Below, piece by piece: positions 60,138 to 64,000 of a stretch of DNA of 64,000 bases. Both the position numbers and the translations under genes were made by a program. The stretch comes from Armatimonadota bacterium (lineage in GTDB: Bacteria; Sysuimicrobiota; Sysuimicrobiia; Sysuimicrobiales; Humicultoraceae): assembly GCA_037443365.1 (NCBI GenBank), contig JBBIOM010000004.1:1-64000 (forward strand), written 5' to 3'. The notes below the pieces were generated by a model, which had not been told where the DNA came from, did no database searches, and saw only the letters and a program-made list of their open reading frames with translations. The stretch's first letter is position 1. Each line of letters starts with the position of its first letter.

Positions 60138-60587
60138 ATGAAGAGAGCACACCTGGTCATTCTCGGCCTGGCCATCGCCATGGTCGTGGCAGCGCCGGCC
60201 GTCAGCAGGGAGTGGATCGAGCGGCCGTTCGTGACAGCCGCCGAGCGGATGCTGGCGACAATGCCGGCCGACTTCTTCCAGATGGATCCGACGGCTGTCC
60301 AGCGGCTGATGGAGACCGCTCAGCCGCTGATCCTCGACGTGCGTGAGAAAGCGGAGTGGGACGCCGAGCGCATCGCCGGCTCGGTGCACGTGCCGATCCG
60401 CGAGTTGGCCAAGTTCATTGACAGGCTGCCCGACAGCAGGGGTGCACCGATCGTGGCCGTGTGCAAGATCGGCTACCGCGGCGGGATCGCCATGACGATG
60501 CTGCGCATGTGGGGGTACACCAACGTGCGCGCGATGCGCGGCGGGCTCGACGCCTGGAAGGCCGCCGGGCTGCCCGTGACCAAGTAG
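60138..60587 (+). CDS. exported single-domain rhodanese (Sud-like sulfurtransferase)
   Basis: Signal peptide; ILDVRE, active loop CKIGYR, GGLDAWKAAGLPV; GGGAGGGAG RBS. Confidence 0.9.
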   Translation: MKRAHLVILGLAIAMVVAAPAVSREWIERPFVTAAERMLATMPADFFQMDPTAVQRLMETAQPLILDVREKAEWDAERIAGSVHVPIRELAKFIDRLPDSRGAPIVAVCKIGYRGGIAMTMLRMWGYTNVRAMRGGLDAWKAAGLPVTK

Positions 60588-60620
60588 CACCGGGCCCGGG
60601 ACATAGGATCGTCCAACACC

Positions 60621-60657
60621 GCGGTCCCGGGAGGGTTCCTCCCGGGACCGCCCCTTT
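60621..60657. terminator. terminator hairpin between convergent genes
   Basis: GCGGTCCCGGGAGG-GTT-CCTCCCGGGACCGC perfect 14-bp stem. Confidence 0.75.
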
Positions 60658-60672
60658 GCGCGACAATCCGTG

Positions 60673-61125
60673 CTAGATCCTGATGTCAACGATCGCCGAG
60701 ACGCCCACTCCCTGCACGCGCCGCAGCGACTCCCATGGCTTGAGGTTGTCCACGGGCACCAGCGCCTTGATGCGGAACGCCGCCTGGAAGTCCGCCTCAA
60801 GCATGGCCACGGCCTGCACGCGGTCAACCGCGGTCTTGGGCCCGGCGACCTGGGCGGCCCCCACGTACGCGCCCCCGGGCGAGGACGTGCCGATTGCGAT
60901 GCTCAGGATGGGCACGACCTTCGTTTGCTCGCGCACCGCCACGCCGCGGTTCTGCAGGAGGTCGTTGATGAACGAGTTGATCTGGGGAGCGAACGTGCGC
61001 ACGGCGTACCCGATGCCCAGCGTCTTGATGATGCCGAATATGTCCTGCCCGCTGACACCGACGGCCGTCACCCCGACAAGTGCCGCCACCGCAAGAATCA
61101 CCGTCCCGGCGCGTGCCATTCGCAT
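60673..61125 (-). CDS. hypothetical exported protein
   Basis: AGGAGG RBS, signal peptide, TKVVPILSI...YVGAAQVAGP...RVQGVGVSAIVDIRI. Confidence 0.75.
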   Translation of the reverse strand: MRMARAGTVILAVAALVGVTAVGVSGQDIFGIIKTLGIGYAVRTFAPQINSFINDLLQNRGVAVREQTKVVPILSIAIGTSSPGGAYVGAAQVAGPKTAVDRVQAVAMLEADFQAAFRIKALVPVDNLKPWESLRRVQGVGVSAIVDIRI

Positions 61126-61256
61126 TGTTCGCCTCCTGACGCCCGAGGTGCGCGGGTTTGTTGTGGTTCTCTACCGGTGTTACGCAGCGCGGCCGCGGCA
61201 TGTTCCCGAGGCCGTGCGGATCAACAGCAAGCACCCTGCTGTGGTAGCATGATGGG

Positions 61257-63917
61257 GTGACCCGCGATTCCTCGCTCACACCGATGATGCGCCAGTATCA
61301 GGAGCTGAAGGCCCGCCATCCGGGCGCGCTTCTCATGTTCCGGCTGGGCGACTTCTACGAACTGTTCTTTGACGACGCGCGGGTGGCGGCGCGTGAGCTC
61401 GAGATCGTGCTGACCTCGCGCGAGGTGGGCAAGGGGCGGCGCGTGCCGATGTGCGGGGTTCCCCACCACGCGTTGACCGGCCACCTGGCGCGGCTAGTGG
61501 AACGCGGGTACAGGGTGGCCATCTGCGACCAGGTCGAGGACCCGCGCAAGGCCCGTGGGCTGGTTCGACGGGAAGTGACGCGCGTCGTGACGCCCGGCAC
61601 CGTCATGGACGCCGCGCTGCTTCCGGCGCGCGAGCATCGCTATCTGGCTTCGTTGGGGGGCGGCGATGGCGCCTGGGGGCTGGCCGCGGTGGATCTCTCT
61701 ACCGGCGACTTCCTGGCGACGGAGATTCGGGGCCCGGACGCGGACCGCCGCCTAGCCGACGAGTTAGCCCGGCTGGATCCGCGCGAGATCCTGGTCCCCG
61801 CCGGCGCTGTCCCGTCCGGCGGGGAAGGTGGGGCGGAGCAGATCGCCTCGGGCCGGTGGACGCAGTACGACGCCTGGCGCTTCGATCCCGGGGTGGCGCG
61901 TCGGGCCCTGCGCGAGCACTTCGGCGTTGCCACGCTGGATGGCTTCGGCTGCGAGGGGCTGGCCCTGGCCACGTCCGCGGCCGGCGCGCTGGTCGGGTAC
62001 CTCCGGGGGACGCAGCAGGGTCCGCTTGCGCACCTGCGCGGTCTTCGCGTGTACTCCAGCGAGTCGGTCCTCGACGTGGACGAGATAACGCGCCGGAACC
62101 TCGAGCTCCTGCGCGGGCGCGGCGACGGCGGCACCCGCCACACCCTGATCGGCGCGCTGGACGAAACCGCGACCGCCATGGGCGGGCGGCTGCTCAGGGA
62201 GTGGCTGCTGCGCCCGCTCGTTGAGCCGGAAGGCATCGCGTCCAGGCACGCCGCCGTGGGCGCCGCGCTTGGGGAGCGCGGACGCAGGGAGACCGTGCGC
62301 AAGACGCTGCGCGCGATGCCTGACATCGCGCGCCTGGTGGGCAGGATCGGCCACGGGTCGGCAGGGCCCCGCGACCTATGCGCCCTGCGCGAAGGGCTCA
62401 ATCTGCTCCCGGCGCTGCGCGCGGAGGTGGAACGCCTGCCCGACGCGCGCTTTGCCCGCCTGGCAGGGGCGATGGACCCGCACGCCGATGTCGCTGATCA
62501 CATCGCCAGGGCCCTCGTGGACGATCCCCCAGCCGGGTTGCGCGACGGCGGGTTGATCCGGGAGGGGTACGATCCGGCGCTCGATCGGCTCCGCGAGGCC
62601 GCCTCGGGCGGCAAGGCCTGGATAGCCGGCCTGGAGGCCTCCGAGCGCGAGCGCACCGGCATTCGCTCTCTGCGCGTGGGCTTTAACAAGGTCTTCGGGT
62701 ACTACATCGAGGTCTCCAACGCCAACCGTCACCTGGTGCCGGAGGAGTACATTCGCAAGCAGACGCTGACCGGCGCCGAGCGCTACATCACGCCCGAGAT
62801 GAAGGAGCGCGAGGCCGCCATCCTGGGAGCCGAGGAACGCATCGCCGCGCTCGAGCTCGAGCTGTTCGCCGCGCTGCGCGGGTCGGTGGCCGGCCGCGCC
62901 CACTCCCTGCTGGAGGCGGCCGCGGCGCTGGCCGAGGCCGATGTGCTGCTGGCGCTGGCCGAGGGCGCAGAGAGGTGGGGCTACGTCAGGCCGGAGATCA
63001 CGGCCGAGCCGGTGCTCGATATCCGTGAGGGAAGACACCCGGTCCTGGAGCGCCTGCTGGAAGGCGAGCGGTTCGTGCCCAACAGCCTGAGCCTGGACGT
63101 GCGCGACCGAGGGCTGCTGATCGTCACGGGCCCCAACATGGCGGGCAAGAGCACGCTGCTGCGTCAAGCGGCGCTCATCACGATCATGGCGCAGATGGGC
63201 TCGTTCGTCCCGGCCGCCTGGGCGCGCATCGGTGTAACCGACCGGATCTTTACGCGGGTGGGCGCCACGGACGAAATCGCCTCGGGCCGGAGCACCTTCC
63301 TGGTGGAGATGCAGGAAGTGTCGCGCATACTGCACGGCGCCACCGGGCGCAGCCTGATACTCCTGGACGAGGTCGGGCGCGGAACGAGCACCTACGACGG
63401 CATGAGCCTGGCCTGGGCCGTGGTCGAGTACCTTCACGACCGCATCGGCGCGCGCACGCTGTTCGCCACGCACTTCCACGAGCTCACGGAGCTGGCGGAG
63501 ATGCTGCCCCGCGTGCACAACATCGCCATGCAGGTGCAGGAGCAGGGGGAGCGGATAGTGTTCCTCCACACGGTGGCCGAGGGGCGGGCCGACCGGTCGT
63601 ACGGCATTCACGTCGCGCGACTGGCCGGAATCCCAGACGAGGTCATCGCGCAGGCGCGCCGCATCCTGGCGCAGCTCGAGGCGGCCGCGGCCCGACCCGG
63701 CGAGGCCGATGCCCCGCCCACGCCCTCGCGGGCGCGGCGGTCCAGGCAGTTGCCGCTGGCCCTCGAGCTCGCCTCCCCCCTCGAGGAGGAACTCCTGGAC
63801 CTGGCCGTCGAGACCATGACCCCGCTGGAGGCGCTGCGGGTTTTGGCTGACCTGCGCGAGCGAGCGCGCGTGCGGCGCTCCGGATCCTCGGACCGCCGCG
63901 AACGGCGCCTGCAATGA
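61257..63917 (+). CDS. mutS: DNA mismatch repair protein MutS
   Basis: TPMMRQY, GDFYELF, TGPNMAGKST, STFLVEM, DEVGRGTST, SYGIHVARLAG. Confidence 0.97.
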   Translation: MTRDSSLTPMMRQYQELKARHPGALLMFRLGDFYELFFDDARVAARELEIVLTSREVGKGRRVPMCGVPHHALTGHLARLVERGYRVAICDQVEDPRKARGLVRREVTRVVTPGTVMDAALLPAREHRYLASLGGGDGAWGLAAVDLSTGDFLATEIRGPDADRRLADELARLDPREILVPAGAVPSGGEGGAEQIASGRWTQYDAWRFDPGVARRALREHFGVATLDGFGCEGLALATSAAGALVGYLRGTQQGPLAHLRGLRVYSSESVLDVDEITRRNLELLRGRGDGGTRHTLIGALDETATAMGGRLLREWLLRPLVEPEGIASRHAAVGAALGERGRRETVRKTLRAMPDIARLVGRIGHGSAGPRDLCALREGLNLLPALRAEVERLPDARFARLAGAMDPHADVADHIARALVDDPPAGLRDGGLIREGYDPALDRLREAASGGKAWIAGLEASERERTGIRSLRVGFNKVFGYYIEVSNANRHLVPEEYIRKQTLTGAERYITPEMKEREAAILGAEERIAALELELFAALRGSVAGRAHSLLEAAAALAEADVLLALAEGAERWGYVRPEITAEPVLDIREGRHPVLERLLEGERFVPNSLSLDVRDRGLLIVTGPNMAGKSTLLRQAALITIMAQMGSFVPAAWARIGVTDRIFTRVGATDEIASGRSTFLVEMQEVSRILHGATGRSLILLDEVGRGTSTYDGMSLAWAVVEYLHDRIGARTLFATHFHELTELAEMLPRVHNIAMQVQEQGERIVFLHTVAEGRADRSYGIHVARLAGIPDEVIAQARRILAQLEAAAARPGEADAPPTPSRARRSRQLPLALELASPLEEELLDLAVETMTPLEALRVLADLRERARVRRSGSSDRRERRLQ

Positions 63918-64000
63918 GCCGGATTCGTGTGCTGGAGAGATCGGTCGCCGAGCGGATCGCAGCGGGTGAGGTGATTGAGCGGCCGGCCTCGGTCGTCAAG
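63914..64000 (+). CDS. mutL: DNA mismatch repair protein MutL (5' fragment, runs off the window)
   Basis: MSRIRVLERSVAERIAAGEVIERPASVVK. Confidence 0.93.
   Translation, partial: MSRIRVLERSVAERIAAGEVIERPASVVK

Noticed and set aside
53436-60660. Genomic island integrated at tRNA-Sec
   Set aside because: I saw no integrase, no duplicated tRNA 3' end (att site) and no evident compositional shift.

Overview
High-GC bacterial chromosome segment. Terrabacteria-type features (T-box, Gram-positive-type LexA box, rny, ylxR, DUF503) suggest an Armatimonadota/CSP1-3-like or high-GC Firmicute-like host; this lineage call is inference only. Most of the window is housekeeping: T-box-hisS-aspS-6S RNA, rarA-mnmA-cca, orphan parA, asnS, rimP-nusA-infB-rbfA-truB-ribF-rpsO-pnp, dapB-asd-dapA, ftsK, a BMP nucleoside ABC transporter, cinA-recA-recX-helicase/nuclease-rmuC, rny, mutS-mutL. 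The most interesting part is 48.7-60.6 kb: selA, selB and tRNA-Sec are followed by a two-component system and a PsrABC-type molybdoenzyme operon with an exported rhodanese. The catalytic subunit (56247-58535) is split by the ORF caller at an in-frame TGA (57423-57425), which is followed 11 nt later by a SECIS-like hairpin. It is most likely a 762-aa selenoprotein whose Sec (residue 393) is not the usual Mo ligand, since that Cys (residue 178) is retained.
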